Under the pieces are notes generated by a model, which worked only from the letters and a program-made list of their open reading frames with translations, was not told the origin of the DNA and did no database searches. A stretch of 64,000 nucleotides of DNA, taken from the NCBI GenBank assembly GCA_965658655.1, contig CBFHTA010000001.1:328722-392721 (forward strand), in the 5' to 3' direction. Source of the stretch: Candidatus Babelota bacterium (GTDB lineage Bacteria > Babelota > Babeliae > Babelales > CAIQNR01). Both the position numbers and the translations under genes were made by a program. Below, piece by piece: positions 8,631 to 19,736 of the stretch. Position 1 is the first letter of the stretch. The number at the start of each line of letters is the position of its first letter.

Positions 8631-9944
8631 TTACTGGGCTTCTTTGTCTTTAAAGATAAGAACTTGAACCACACGTTTAGGTGTAGATTTTTGTACTTGG
8701 AATACATAACCTTGATAAGGTACTCGTTCCCCTTTGCGTGGTAGATGCTGCAGTTTCTCTGTTAAAAAACCTGCAATAGTAACGGCATCTTCACTATCGA
8801 AACGAATATTTAAAAGTTTTTCGATTTGATCTAAATCAACACCAGCATAGACAAGCCATCCACCATTTTCAAGTGGAACAATATGTTCGGAAACAGATTC
8901 GTGCTCATCGCTAATGTCACCTACAATTTCTTCGATAGCATCTTCTAGAGTTACTAATCCAATAATTCCGCCATACTCGTTAAGCACCATAGCAATATGA
9001 TGCCGCTGCTGTTTGAATTGACGTAAAAGCTGGTTTACACGCATACTTTCTGGCACAAATAAAATAGGGCGTACTAAGTCTTTAAGTGGTTTGTCTTCAG
9101 ACTTTTCTAGGAGCAGGAAAATATCTTTCTGATGGACCATCCCAATAATATTGTCTGCTTTTCCTTCATAAATAGGTAATCGAGAATAGTGATACTTAGC
9201 AAACACTTTTAAAGCCTCGTCAATTGAGGTTGCAGCATCTAGTGTAATTACATCAACTTCGGGTACCATAATCTCTTCTACCGTGGTATTACCTAAGTCG
9301 AAAATACTGCTGAGCATTTGGCTTTTATCGCTGTCCATCAAACCTTTTTTGTTGATATACTCGATTAAGAATTGAATTTCTTTCTCAGAAGAAAGAGCTT
9401 CTTCGGTCGCGTCTTTATGAGAGTTTTTTTGATTGATCATTTTAATAATGAAGTTAGAAAACATAGAAAGGATAACAACCAATGGATACATTAAGTAGAA
9501 TGTAGTATTGATGAGCCATAGTGTGGATTTGAATAGAGAAGATCCGCGAGCTTGGGCAATATTCTTAGGTAGAATTTCTCCGATAATCAAAATTGCTGTA
9601 GTAGCAATAGCGATACCTAAAGAAAACCCAAGCCCTTCAGATAATTTGAGACTCGCAAAGAGATCTTCCATAACTTGTGTAATAAGTGCTGCAGAGGTGA
9701 CATTAGCAATACTGTTGGCAATCAAAATAGCAATCAGAACTTTTTGAGGTTCTTGTTCAAGCGTTGCGAAGAGCATACGATAGCCCTTGGTATTCTTGGC
9801 GATCTCTTTAAGATTAAATAGTCGAAGCGCTGTGACAGCTGTTTCTAAAAAAGAAAATAGTGCACAGAACAACAACGAAACAGTAAAGTAACCAATCTGT
9901 AAGTAAAAAACACTCGGTAAGGAATTTTCCATACGATTTATCAA
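8631..9944 (-). CDS. HlyC/CorC (CNNM) family transporter: DUF21 + CBS pair + CorC_HlyC
   Basis: FSFLETA, GEILPK, EIMVP, YSRLPIY, LNEYGGIIGLVTLEDAIEEIVGDISDE, TIAGF. Confidence 0.93.
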   Translation of the reverse strand: MINRMENSLPSVFYLQIGYFTVSLLFCALFSFLETAVTALRLFNLKEIAKNTKGYRMLFATLEQEPQKVLIAILIANSIANVTSAALITQVMEDLFASLKLSEGLGFSLGIAIATTAILIIGEILPKNIAQARGSSLFKSTLWLINTTFYLMYPLVVILSMFSNFIIKMINQKNSHKDATEEALSSEKEIQFLIEYINKKGLMDSDKSQMLSSIFDLGNTTVEEIMVPEVDVITLDAATSIDEALKVFAKYHYSRLPIYEGKADNIIGMVHQKDIFLLLEKSEDKPLKDLVRPILFVPESMRVNQLLRQFKQQRHHIAMVLNEYGGIIGLVTLEDAIEEIVGDISDEHESVSEHIVPLENGGWLVYAGVDLDQIEKLLNIRFDSEDAVTIAGFLTEKLQHLPRKGERVPYQGYVFQVQKSTPKRVVQVLIFKDKEAQ

Positions 9945-9956
9945 ACCTTTCTTTTA

Positions 9957-12152
9957 TTATTCAATCGAATCACCAGGACCGATATCAAATTCCTTGTCAA
10001 AGAAGGTTTGAAGCTTTTTGCTTCGCGAAGGATGTCGCAATTTTCTTAGCGCTTTCACTTCAATTTGTCGAATTCGTTCCCTGGTGACTGAGAAATCTTT
10101 TCCAACTTCTTCCAACGTATGTTCTGAGGCTACATCAATTCCGAAGCGCATTTTAAGAACTTTTTCTTCTCGAGGTGCTAAAGTCTTTAGTACTTGGCGA
10201 ACTCGCTCTTTTAAATCTGAGTTAGCCACGGTGTCTGCTGGAGAAAATTCATCATCATGAGGAATAAAATCTTTTAAGAAAGCATCTTCACTGTCACCTA
10301 CAGGTGATTCTAAAGAAACAGGCTCTTTAGAAATTTTAATAATGTTCTTAACCTTCTTCTCATCAAGATTGAGTTCTTTAGCTAGTTCTGCGTATGTTGG
10401 TTCGCGCCCGTGCTGCTGTACGAAGAGCCTTTTGATCTTGTTGATTTTATTTAATGTTTCAACCATGTGGACAGGAACACGAATAGTTCTAGATTGATCA
10501 GCGATTGCACGAGTAATTGCTTGGCGAATCCACCAGGTTGCGTATGTAGAGAATTTGTATCCACGTTCGAATTCAAACTTCTCTACTGCTTTCATCAAGC
10601 CGATGTTACCTTCTTGAATAAGATCTAAGAAATGCAGACCACGGTTAACATATTTTTTTGCCAAGTTAACAACCAGTCGAAGGTTAGCCTTAGCCAATTC
10701 ATCTTTTGCTTGTTTGTCGTCTCGCTGGCTTTTAATAAGCTGTCGATAATACTTAGTAATCTTATCAAGTGGAAGACCAGTTTCGCTTTCTGTTTTTTTG
10801 ATTGCCTTGTTGGCCATACGTGCTTCTACGTTAAGCTCTTCAATAAGTGACTTATCGTCTTCGCTTGGCTTTTTAGCTTTCTTTAAAGAAGTTAAGCGTT
10901 TTTCATTCGTACGAATAATCTCTTGCTTCTCTTGAATCTTGAATAGATATTTTTCAATTTTCTTACCAATCTTTCTAATGAATTTATTGGCAAGACGAAT
11001 TGATTTAATCTCGTCGCTGATAGCTTTCTTGTTGTCTTGGACCTTTTGAAGCATCTCTTTCTTCTTTTCTGCAGAAGAAAGGTCGTTGCGATATTTCTTA
11101 TAAATCTGTTCTTCGTTTTTGGTCAAGTCAGCGATTTTATTAAGTGTCTGTAAGAATGCTTTAAGTTCTTCGTCGATCTTTGGGATGTTTTCATCATCGT
11201 ATTCAGCAAACTGAATGATGTCTTTAAGTGCTAGACTATTCTTTGCTATCCGATCGATCATAGCTGTAAATTCTTTGTGTACAAAAGGGAAGTGAGAAAT
11301 TGCATCGATAGAAAGACGTTTACTTCCGGCTATTTTTTCTGCAATAACTTTTTCGGTCACTTTGTTCAGAAGAGGAATTTTACCAATATCACGAAGATAA
11401 CATTTAACCCCATCGGTAATTTGAGCTGAGGTTTCTGTGGTTTCTTTTTCTTTTTCTTCTTCTTCATCGCTGTCGGCATTAATACTGCTGGCGAGTTTTT
11501 CTTTCATCTCACCTTTGTGGCCAGAGCCATATTCTTCTTTTTCTTGGTCAAAGTGGGCTTGTTGAACAAGTTCTTCTTCCATTACTAAAGCAATGTGTGC
11601 TTTTTCTAATTCTTTTAAAAAATCGTTAGCCTCTTTTTCAGAAAGCTGCCCTTTTTCATTGAATGCAATCACTTCTTCGTACGTCAGCACTCCGTTTTCT
11701 TTGCCTTTTTCTATAAGACTGTTGTGCAATTCTTTTTTGATTGTAGCTAAATCTTTTGCAGGAGCCTTCTTAGAAGTTTTTTTCTTGGGAGATTTATTGA
11801 TAGACGTAGAAATAGATTTTTTAACTGTCTTAGATGCTTTTGTTTGTGTTTGAGATGATGCCACTTTTTTAACCGGTTGTTTAGGAGTTTTAATCGCTTT
11901 CTTCTTGACCACTTTCTGAGTTACTATTTTTTTGATTGTCTTTTTAGGCCCTACTGTTTTAGCAACCTTCTTCTTGACTACACGTTTTACAGTTTTTTTC
12001 TTAACCGCCTTTTTAGGTGCAACTTTTTTAGCTGAACGCTTAACAGCTTTTTTAACCTCTTTTTTCTTGGCTACTTTCTTAGCGGGTTTCTTCTTGGTTG
12101 CTTTCTTCTTGTTGTCCCCAATGAGCCTACTCAAAATACTTTTAATAACCAC
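9957..12152 (-). CDS. rpoD: RNA polymerase primary sigma factor sigma70 with Lys/Ala-rich N-terminal extension
   Basis: [11 protein letters not shown] (1.2), [71 protein letters not shown]. Confidence 0.97.
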
Positions 12153-13903
12153 TATATGAGCCCCTTCCGCAATAACTTTTTTTTCAGATCGAGAAAAGAC
12201 GCGACAATTCTTTGCACTGCTTCTTTATTGTGCTCTGCTTCTGCTTGTGCTAGTTGTATTTTTGTTCCACTCACAATTGTTTTCCAATATTTTTTTTCCA
12301 GGAGTATTACGACCTGATTGAAGTCTTCTTCTTCTTCTTGGCTTACGAGTAACTCATTTACCATGCGCTTTTCATGATATTCAAGAGTGTCAAAAAAAAG
12401 AGCGAAAGTATCGCCTTCATCAGACCCTTTTACCTGCTTCAGTTTGATTATCAAACACTTGAGTGGTTCGGGTGTATAGTGCAAAAGTCGCTGAACTTCG
12501 TCTCGTTCCAACAACTGAGTGTTATTAAGTATACCACACATGAATTTTTTTTCTAAAGAAGAAAGCTCAAAAACTGGCATTTGAGCAGGTTTTTCTTCTG
12601 TTTTTGGCGCTGCAGGCTTATTTCTTCTGGTTGCACCCATCTCTTTTTTTAGAGATCCAAAGGGCAAATCAAAGATTTCTGAGGCTTTTTGAAGAAGAAT
12701 GTCTTGTTTAAAGGCATCTTTTAGGTTTGCAACAATGGCCAAAAAGCTTCGAGTTGAGTTTAATTTTTGTTGAAGTGGCTGCTGAGAAAAGTCTTTTCCA
12801 AGGGCTTTTAAGTAGAAAGATAAAATATCCTGCGCATGGCCAATCGCTTCTTTAAGATCGCCGTTGTCGTTCAGGTAGGTTGCAGGGTCGTGCCCCTCGG
12901 GTAAAAAGATAACTTGTAAATCTAGATCAACTTGCCAACAGAGTTCAGCAAGTCGAAGCATTGCTTTTTGTCCAGCAGTGTCACTGTCATAGACTAAGTA
13001 AACTGTTTGTGCATGGTACGCTAGTAATTTTAAATGATCTATTGTGCACGATGTTCCCAGGGTGGCCACGGTGTTTCGGTAACCGTATTGGGCCATGGCA
13101 ACACAGTCTGTATAGCCTTCAACTAAGAAGACCTGCCCTGTTTTTTGAATTTCTTTCTTTGCTAAATCTAAACCAAAAAGCAATGAGCCTTTTTGAAAGT
13201 AGCTGTTTTCTTTTGAATTGTAATATTTTGAGCGTTCATCAGTTTTTTTTAGAACACGGCCACCAAAGCCACAGTTATTGCTAAGGTGATCTTTGATAGG
13301 GAATATCAATCGTTGTTCAAAGGCTGAATAAACGGTTTTGCCTTCTGAGGCAATGCCCGCATCAAATAAATCTTTAAGCAAAAATTGCTCATCGGCAATG
13401 TCTCTTGCAAGTGCTTTAATTGAGCGTTCTCCGCCAGGAAAATAGCCAATTTTAAAAGTATTAATACTTGCTTGTGAAAAACCACGTTTTTCTAAATAGT
13501 GCATAACCGAAGGGTATTTAAACAATTGTGTGTGGCACCAATTTGCAACGGCTTGGCACACAGCAAAGTATCGTTTTTTCTCATCTGTTTTTTCTGTTGA
13601 CTCTTGGCTGATTGTTTCCGGTAGGTCTATATTGTATCGTTCTGCCAAATGCTTAGCAGCTTCAACTTGTGTGCAATTTTCTATTTTAGAGATAAACCCA
13701 ATAACGTCACCACTTTCTTGGCAACCAAAGCAGTAAAAAATTCCGCGATGAGGACTCACGGTAAACGAACCGGTTTTTTCGCTATGAAATGGGCAAGCGC
13801 CTTTCCAATAGTTACCGGCTTTTTTTAAGGCAAGATGTTCTTGTACAACATCTAAAATTTGTAATCTTTGCTTTACAAAGCTAAATAGGTTCATAGAGAA
13901 CAA
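12152..13903 (-). CDS. dnaG: DNA primase
   Basis: CPFHSEKT..F...CFGC zinc finger, GFGGR, KYYNS, VEGYTD, TOPRIM YDSDTAG, HDP; start may be ATG at 13894. Confidence 0.97.
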   Translation of the reverse strand: MFSMNLFSFVKQRLQILDVVQEHLALKKAGNYWKGACPFHSEKTGSFTVSPHRGIFYCFGCQESGDVIGFISKIENCTQVEAAKHLAERYNIDLPETISQESTEKTDEKKRYFAVCQAVANWCHTQLFKYPSVMHYLEKRGFSQASINTFKIGYFPGGERSIKALARDIADEQFLLKDLFDAGIASEGKTVYSAFEQRLIFPIKDHLSNNCGFGGRVLKKTDERSKYYNSKENSYFQKGSLLFGLDLAKKEIQKTGQVFLVEGYTDCVAMAQYGYRNTVATLGTSCTIDHLKLLAYHAQTVYLVYDSDTAGQKAMLRLAELCWQVDLDLQVIFLPEGHDPATYLNDNGDLKEAIGHAQDILSFYLKALGKDFSQQPLQQKLNSTRSFLAIVANLKDAFKQDILLQKASEIFDLPFGSLKKEMGATRRNKPAAPKTEEKPAQMPVFELSSLEKKFMCGILNNTQLLERDEVQRLLHYTPEPLKCLIIKLKQVKGSDEGDTFALFFDTLEYHEKRMVNELLVSQEEEEDFNQVVILLEKKYWKTIVSGTKIQLAQAEAEHNKEAVQRIVASFLDLKKKLLRKGLI

Positions 13904-13940
13904 GAATACAGGAGAATTTTAAAGATGGGTAGCAAGATTT

Positions 13941-14225
13941 TTAATTATTCGTTTGTTTGAGTTCCAAGCGTTTTATTTTTTCCTCAGGATCTTTTATTTT
14001 TTGTTCTATTATCTCTATTGTTTCGGGGTTGTTGTTTTTGGTTCTTAGTTGGGTGCGTGGTTCTTCTTGAAGACGCTTGTGTCTTCTTTGTTGTCTTACA
14101 AGATATCTCTTGTTTCTTTTAAAAGTTTAAATTGTTGAAGCAAAGGTAAAATACATTCTGATTTTTCATCGCAGTCGCAGGGCCAATATAATTTGATGTT
14201 GCAGGAAGCAATCTGTGAGAGGTTG
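13941..14225 (-). pseudogene. Possible frameshifted gene remnant between lgt and dnaG
   Basis: Two start-less open frames (…NLSQIASCNIKLYWPCDCDEKSECILPLLQQFKLLKETRDIL* and …YLVRQQRRHKRLQEE…EKIKRLELKQTNN*) overlapping near TTTTAAAA. Confidence 0.25.
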
Positions 14226-14978
14226 TTATCTTCTTCTGAGATAATAGCTTTTACTTTTAATCATTAATCCAACAACAGCTATACATAATGCAATGAGCTG
14301 ATCATGAGAATAATGCAAAAGTAGGGGTACGTGTCTAGCTCTTAACCCATCTAGGCCAGATCGTAATAATCCCATGAAAAATAAGTAAGATCCAAAAAGG
14401 TATCCAGAACCGTTTTTATGAATGTTTCTTTCTGAATACAAAACACAAAAAATAATAAAGAGTCCCAGCGCGCTTAAGAGTTGCACGGGAATGAGAGGTT
14501 GATTAAGGAGAGCCATAGAGTCTGGATTGGTGTACATCACATGAAACCAACTGCTGGTTACGCGTCCATGGCAACAACCAGAAAGGGCACAACCCAAGCG
14601 TGCAATGCCTTGAAGTAGCGGAATATAAATTGCAAAGCGGTCCAAAACAAATATCACAGGGACTTTGTAGAATTGAAGATAAAGAGGGATAAAGATTAAA
14701 TTAGGAATAATAGCTCCAAAAACAGATAATCCGCCATCCCATACTGCAATTGGATTTAAAAAAGAGTCTGCTCTATGTTCGACTAAATAGAGAAGTCGTG
14801 CGCCAATAACGCCAACGAGAATTACTAAGCTTGTCAGGTTTAGAATTTTGTCTAGAGAAATCTTGGACATCAACGGTTTGTCTTGTTTAATCATGTAGAG
14901 CATTGTAAGAATGCCTATAACAATCATGGCGCCATAACTTTGAATAGCAAATGGTCCAAAAGTAAAAAGAGTAATCAC
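14226..14978 (-). CDS. lgt: Prolipoprotein diacylglyceryl transferase
   Basis: SYG, GARLLY, WDGGLSVFG, RLGC…GCCHG, PVQL, multi-TM. Confidence 0.9.
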   Translation of the reverse strand: MITLFTFGPFAIQSYGAMIVIGILTMLYMIKQDKPLMSKISLDKILNLTSLVILVGVIGARLLYLVEHRADSFLNPIAVWDGGLSVFGAIIPNLIFIPLYLQFYKVPVIFVLDRFAIYIPLLQGIARLGCALSGCCHGRVTSSWFHVMYTNPDSMALLNQPLIPVQLLSALGLFIIFCVLYSERNIHKNGSGYLFGSYLFFMGLLRSGLDGLRARHVPLLLHYSHDQLIALCIAVVGLMIKSKSYYLRRR

Positions 14979-14981
14979 AGG

Positions 14982-16787
14982 CTACTTTCTTTTAGGTTTT
15001 TCCAATAGCTTAACTTGTAAGATTAAAAATGAAAGGGCGGCAGGAGTCATGCCAGAGATTAATCCTGCTTGAGCAATGGTAGCAGGGCGAATCTTAGAGA
15101 GTTTCTGTTGTAGTTCTTTAGAAAGTCCTGTCATGCCGTTGTATTCAAAAGATTCTGGAAGTTTCATTTCTTGGTGTTTTGTGAGCTTTTGAACTTCACG
15201 TTCTTCACGCACTAGATAGGGTTCGTATTTAATAGCTGCTTGAATAGTTTGGCATATGCGGCCATGTAATTTTTTGCCAGTTAATTTTTCTATTTTTGCT
15301 TGAGTGTCGACGTTCTCTGTAAACAAATCAAGAAGTTCGGCATTTTTTGTTTTTGCTCGTAGTTCTTTAATAGTTTCTTCAATAAGTTTTTCTTCTTCTA
15401 AAAATTTTGCATAGAACCCATCAGATACCAATCCTACATTATGAGCTTTTGGGGTAAGTCGAGAAAAGGCATTATCTTGACGGAGGAGTAATCTACGTTC
15501 AGCACGAGAGGTAAACATTCGATAGGGCTCATCGATGCTTAGTGTGGTAATGTCGTCTATCATTACACCAATATAGCCTTCTGACCTGCTAATAGTGAAA
15601 GGATCTTTTTTGTGAGCAACTTGGTGTGCGTTGGCTCCGGCCATCAATCCTTGACCTGCAGCTTCTTCGTATCCTGTAGTTCCATTAATTTGACCTGCTA
15701 AAAATAAACCTGGAACAGATTTTACCTCGAGCGTATGTTTTAACTGGTTCGGTATAACAATGTCGTATTCAATTGCATAACCCGGACGAGCTATTTTAGC
15801 GTTTTCAAAACCTTTAATGGCTCTAATATATTTTTCTTGAGCATGTTCAGGAAGTGAGGTAGAAATACCATTAGGGTAGATCCAGTCTGTATTCGCGCTT
15901 TCGGGTTCTACGAAAATCTGATGTGCCGTTTTGTCTGGAAAACGCGTAATTTTATCTTCGATAGAAGGGCAATAGCGTGGACCTGTACCTTCTATATCTT
16001 CTCGTAAAATAGGGGATTCGTTGGCATATTTCTTAACAATATCGTGTACAGCTTCGTTAGTGTGGGTGATATAGCAATCGTGGGAATTTTTAACTTCATG
16101 TGGTTCAAATTCAAATAAAAAATCTAAATCTTCTAGCCCTTGGCTCTCCATTACGGAAAAATCAATTGTTGATCTGAGTAATCGAGGAGGAGTTCCAGTT
16201 TTGAGGCGACCAATTTTAAGATCTAAATTAATCAGGGCTTGAGTCAATGTTGTGACCGCGGCTTCATCTTCTCTACCAGATGCGTAGTTTTTGAGCCCTA
16301 CATGAACGAGGCCGTTCAAAAACGTGCCGGTTGTTAGTACCACGCTCGGTGCATGTAAAATGCTGTCATCGTTGAGTTTTACCCCGGTTACCGTTTTGTT
16401 GGAATCGACAACAATATCATCAACCATTGCTTCAAGTATTGTTAGGTTTTCTGTTTCTTTTAGGGCTTTTTGAGCTTCTTTTGCATAAGCTTCTTTGTCT
16501 ATTTGTAGCCGCAGGCCATGAACAGCCGGACCTTTTTTGGTATTGAGCATGCGGGCTTGAAGATAGGTTTTAGTACAGAGCTTGGGCATTAAGCCTCCAA
16601 GTGCACTAATTTCAAAAACGATATGTCCTTTTCCAATACCACCAATTGCAGGATTGCAAGGCATGTATCCAATCTTTTTTTCTGTTAGGGTGATAAGAGC
16701 TGTCTTTGAGCCAAGACGTGCAGCAGCATACGCCGCTTCTATACCTGCGTGTCCACCCCCAACAATAATAACATCGAATTTGTTCAT
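14982..16787 (-). CDS. mnmG: tRNA U34 carboxymethylaminomethyl modification enzyme
   Basis: GGGHAGIEAA, CNPAIGG, LN..KGPAV, RLKTGTPPR, GPRYCPSIEDK, AGQINGTTGYEEAA, EPYRMFTSRAE; start moved to MNKFDV (16787). Confidence 0.97.
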   Translation of the reverse strand: MNKFDVIIVGGGHAGIEAAYAAARLGSKTALITLTEKKIGYMPCNPAIGGIGKGHIVFEISALGGLMPKLCTKTYLQARMLNTKKGPAVHGLRLQIDKEAYAKEAQKALKETENLTILEAMVDDIVVDSNKTVTGVKLNDDSILHAPSVVLTTGTFLNGLVHVGLKNYASGREDEAAVTTLTQALINLDLKIGRLKTGTPPRLLRSTIDFSVMESQGLEDLDFLFEFEPHEVKNSHDCYITHTNEAVHDIVKKYANESPILREDIEGTGPRYCPSIEDKITRFPDKTAHQIFVEPESANTDWIYPNGISTSLPEHAQEKYIRAIKGFENAKIARPGYAIEYDIVIPNQLKHTLEVKSVPGLFLAGQINGTTGYEEAAGQGLMAGANAHQVAHKKDPFTISRSEGYIGVMIDDITTLSIDEPYRMFTSRAERRLLLRQDNAFSRLTPKAHNVGLVSDGFYAKFLEEEKLIEETIKELRAKTKNAELLDLFTENVDTQAKIEKLTGKKLHGRICQTIQAAIKYEPYLVREEREVQKLTKHQEMKLPESFEYNGMTGLSKELQQKLSKIRPATIAQAGLISGMTPAALSFLILQVKLLEKPKRK

Positions 16788-16797
16788 GTATGCCCTT

Positions 16798-16841
16798 AAA
16801 AAAAATGATCCCCAGAAAATCAATATGATCATCCAGGGATC
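16798..16841 (-). terminator. Terminator-like hairpin directly upstream of the mnmG RBS
   Basis: Minus strand gatccctggatgatca-tat-tgattttctggggatc followed by a T8 run; G-U pairs form only on the minus strand. Confidence 0.6.
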
Positions 16842-16933
16842 TATTTTACCCAATTAAAAGGAGTTTCGCAATCGAGACTCCGCGTTCATCGTAAGATGAA
16901 CTACCTCCATTTCCGCCTATTTAAGACAAAAAT

Positions 16934-17254
16934 TTACTTTTTTGCTTTTTGAAAAATTTTTTGCAAATGTTCTTTTTCCTGTGTGCAGGCTTTGATAACA
17001 GCTAATTTTTCGACGAAGCCAAGTTTTGCAACTGCTTCTTGTGCTGTTTTTTCACATTTTACATCTTTGAATGTTTCTGCAATTTTCTCATGACCATTGT
17101 CTGTAAGCTCTTTTTTAAGTGTTTCTTCACACTTTGCAGCTTTAATGCAATCTCTAATAGATTTTTTAACAATAGCTTTAGTCTCTATAACGTTTATAGA
17201 AGTAAGCATTGCCACAGTTAACACAATCATTAATTTATTTAGATTCAATTTCAT
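16934..17254 (-). CDS. Secreted hypothetical protein
   Basis: Signal-peptide-like N-terminus, helical Lys/Glu-rich body with 4 Cys, AAGGG RBS. Confidence 0.7.
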   Translation of the reverse strand: MKLNLNKLMIVLTVAMLTSINVIETKAIVKKSIRDCIKAAKCEETLKKELTDNGHEKIAETFKDVKCEKTAQEAVAKLGFVEKLAVIKACTQEKEHLQKIFQKAKK

Positions 17255-17348
17255 AATAATACCCTTTTGATTTGAAGTAATATATTCGTTCAGGTCTCAC
17301 TAGAATACTAAAATAGAAAAAGGAGTGCAAAAGCCCCCTTCTGATTTG

Positions 17349-17377
17349 TTGATTTACGAGGGATATCCGTTTAAACT
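17349..17377 (+). promoter_or_regulatory. Putative sigma70 promoter of mraY
   Basis: TTGATT-17 bp-TAAACT, 40 bp upstream of ATG. Confidence 0.5.
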
Positions 17378-17417
17378 TAGAGGCTGATTAACCTTAAATA
17401 AGCTCAATTGGAAATCT

Positions 17418-18482
17418 ATGCTGTATCATATTGCCTCGTATCTTCGGCCTTATTTCTCAGCCTTAAACGTTATCCATTACATTAGCTTTCGAGCCATGGC
17501 TGCTCTTTTAAGCTCACTGGCTTTTTCCCTTTATTTTGGCCCTTGGTTTATTAGGCTTTCTCAAAGGTTATTCAGGGCTAAAGTTCGGCCTTTTACTCCC
17601 GACAGCCACCAGGTTAAAAACGATATGCCTACTATGGGGGGCATTTTTATTATAGGGATTGTTCTTTTAACCGTACTTTTATGGGGTAATTTGGTTCGCC
17701 CTCAAATATGGATTGCGCTTGCTTGTTTGGTTAGTTTTGCCGGCATTGGTTTGCTCGATGATATTTCTAAGCTTACCGATTCTCAGGGGATTTCTTCTCG
17801 GTTGAAGTTTGCATTACAGTTTTTGGTTGCCGCTCTTATTGGTTTTTTTTGGGTGTGGTATGTTAACCCGTCTACAGAATTAAGTTTCCCTTTTTTTAAG
17901 AATTTTCATCCAGATCTTGGGGTGTTTTTTATCCCTTGGGTTATGTTTGTCTTAATTGGAACCAGTAATGCTGTAAACCTCACCGATGGTTTAGATGGTT
18001 TAGCTATAGGATCTTTAATTTCTAACTTTGGTACATTTGCTCTTATCTGTTACATCGCAGGGCATGGAGTAATCTCTCACTATTTACATATTCCGTTTGC
18101 AGGTACCGGTGAAATGGCAGTTGTAGGAAGTTCTTTAGTTGGGGCCTCGCTTGGCTTTTTATGGTATAACACTTACCCCGCTCAAATCTTTATGGGTGAT
18201 GTGGGTTCGCTGGGTTTGGGAGCGGTTTTAGCATTTATGGCGCTTTCGAGCAAACAAGAACTCTTACTTCCTATTGCTGGAGGTTTGTTTGTTGTTGAAA
18301 CACTTTCTGTCATTGTGCAAGTGTTATCGTTTAAATTTTTAGGCCGCCGTATGTTTAAAATGGCTCCTATTCATCATCATTTTGAATTGCAGGGGTGGCA
18401 AGAATCAAAGATTACCGTGCGCTTTTGTATTATTTCTTTTGTGTTGTGTTTAGTTGCGCTTATGACTTTGAAGTTGCGTTGA
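17418..18482 (+). CDS. mraY: Phospho-N-acetylmuramoyl-pentapeptide transferase
   Basis: PTMGG, LLDD, SNAVNLTDGLDGLA, PAQIFMGDVGS, MAPIHHHFE. Confidence 0.98.
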   Translation: MLYHIASYLRPYFSALNVIHYISFRAMAALLSSLAFSLYFGPWFIRLSQRLFRAKVRPFTPDSHQVKNDMPTMGGIFIIGIVLLTVLLWGNLVRPQIWIALACLVSFAGIGLLDDISKLTDSQGISSRLKFALQFLVAALIGFFWVWYVNPSTELSFPFFKNFHPDLGVFFIPWVMFVLIGTSNAVNLTDGLDGLAIGSLISNFGTFALICYIAGHGVISHYLHIPFAGTGEMAVVGSSLVGASLGFLWYNTYPAQIFMGDVGSLGLGAVLAFMALSSKQELLLPIAGGLFVVETLSVIVQVLSFKFLGRRMFKMAPIHHHFELQGWQESKITVRFCIISFVLCLVALMTLKLR

Positions 18483-19736
18483 ATATTTTGTATAGAGAAA
18501 CATTATAATCCCAATCATTAAAATTACAGTGAATCGTATTAATGGGCTCAGGCTAGTGAATATGAATCCTTGAAAGCATGCAATAAGTCCTGTGGTACAA
18601 GAAAGTAGTCCTATTTTGCTCAAGAGTGTTCGTTCTGCTCTGTGAAGGCTTATAACGCTAATGGTATACGCAGTTAAGCAACCGAGGGTGCTGGTATATT
18701 GGAGTGGGATTTGTGAGCCATAAGAAAACAATAAATGCATTAAACAAATAATACCTTCTACAAAAACACACAAATAGGGAATGTGGTATACATTCTCTTT
18801 TTTAAAGAATGAAGAACCGAATAAGTGTTTGTGTTGTGCTAGAGCAAAAAGATTCCAGACATTACTATACATAATCCCATAAGCTCCTCCTAAAGAAGAA
18901 AGAGCGATGGCTATAGAGGTCAGCGGAGTGAAGATATGGGCAAGGGCGGGAGAGACTTTATGAAAGAAGACAGGAAAGGCTTCTGTGTAATCGGGTTGTT
19001 GCGCCAACACTGGGCCTAGGGTTAAAGAGAATAATGTTTGGTAAAGGACAGCAAGTGTAACAACAATGCCAAAAGATATGAGAATAGCTCGTGCAGCATT
19101 TTGTTTTGAATTTTCAATATGTTGAGCGAGTGAGCACGTTGCTTCGAACCCTAAACAGCAAAAGAGTGTAAGGGGAAGTGCAACAGGTAAGTTTCTCCAG
19201 ATGTGGCTCGGTGCATGAATAGTAATGTTTCCAATTTTGTGAAATCCATAGAATACAATAAGGGTAATAGGAGCTGTTTTGGCAATAAGGAAGAATGATT
19301 GAATAGTGCTTCCTGCTCTAACATGCAAAAGGTTAAGGCCTACAAATAAAAATATGAGTACTGTGTCTATTCCGAGGGTGGGGTATACTTCTAAAGCAGG
19401 AATAACATCTTGTATAAACATAGAAAATACATGAATACCCAATGCGGCAGATGACAGTTTACCAACAAAGTAACTCCAGGAACTTACGAAACCCCAGAAT
19501 GGATTAATGTCTGCGCCGTAGGTATAAAAACTTCCACCTGGGTGTGTTTGCGTTAAGCGAGCAATACACAAAATTAATGGCAGCATAATGGCAGCAGCAA
19601 GGAGGTACAAGGTTGATCCCCATAGTCCCATTTTCTTTGCTAATAAAACGGTATTCACAAAAACACCACTTCCAAGCATAATGTTTATGTTGACCAATAA
19701 AGCAGCGATAAGCGAGAGTTTGTGTTGCTTTTGCAT
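18450..19736 (-). CDS. APC family amino acid permease
   Basis: NIMLGSGVF (TM1), GGSFYTY, GFEA (TM6), about 12 TM. Confidence 0.88.
   Translation of the reverse strand: MQKQHKLSLIAALLVNINIMLGSGVFVNTVLLAKKMGLWGSTLYLLAAAIMLPLILCIARLTQTHPGGSFYTYGADINPFWGFVSSWSYFVGKLSSAALGIHVFSMFIQDVIPALEVYPTLGIDTVLIFLFVGLNLLHVRAGSTIQSFFLIAKTAPITLIVFYGFHKIGNITIHAPSHIWRNLPVALPLTLFCCLGFEATCSLAQHIENSKQNAARAILISFGIVVTLAVLYQTLFSLTLGPVLAQQPDYTEAFPVFFHKVSPALAHIFTPLTSIAIALSSLGGAYGIMYSNVWNLFALAQHKHLFGSSFFKKENVYHIPYLCVFVEGIICLMHLLFSYGSQIPLQYTSTLGCLTAYTISVISLHRAERTLLSKIGLLSCTTGLIACFQGFIFTSLSPLIRFTVILMIGIIMFLYTKYSTQLQSHKRN

Noticed and set aside
16788..16853. Extended mnmG N-terminus
   Set aside because: It runs through a terminator hairpin, and homology begins at MNKFDVIIVGGG.
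16860..16910. Hammerhead ribozyme (GATGA…CGAAAC on the minus strand)
   Set aside because: No CUGANGA core, and stems II and III do not pair properly.
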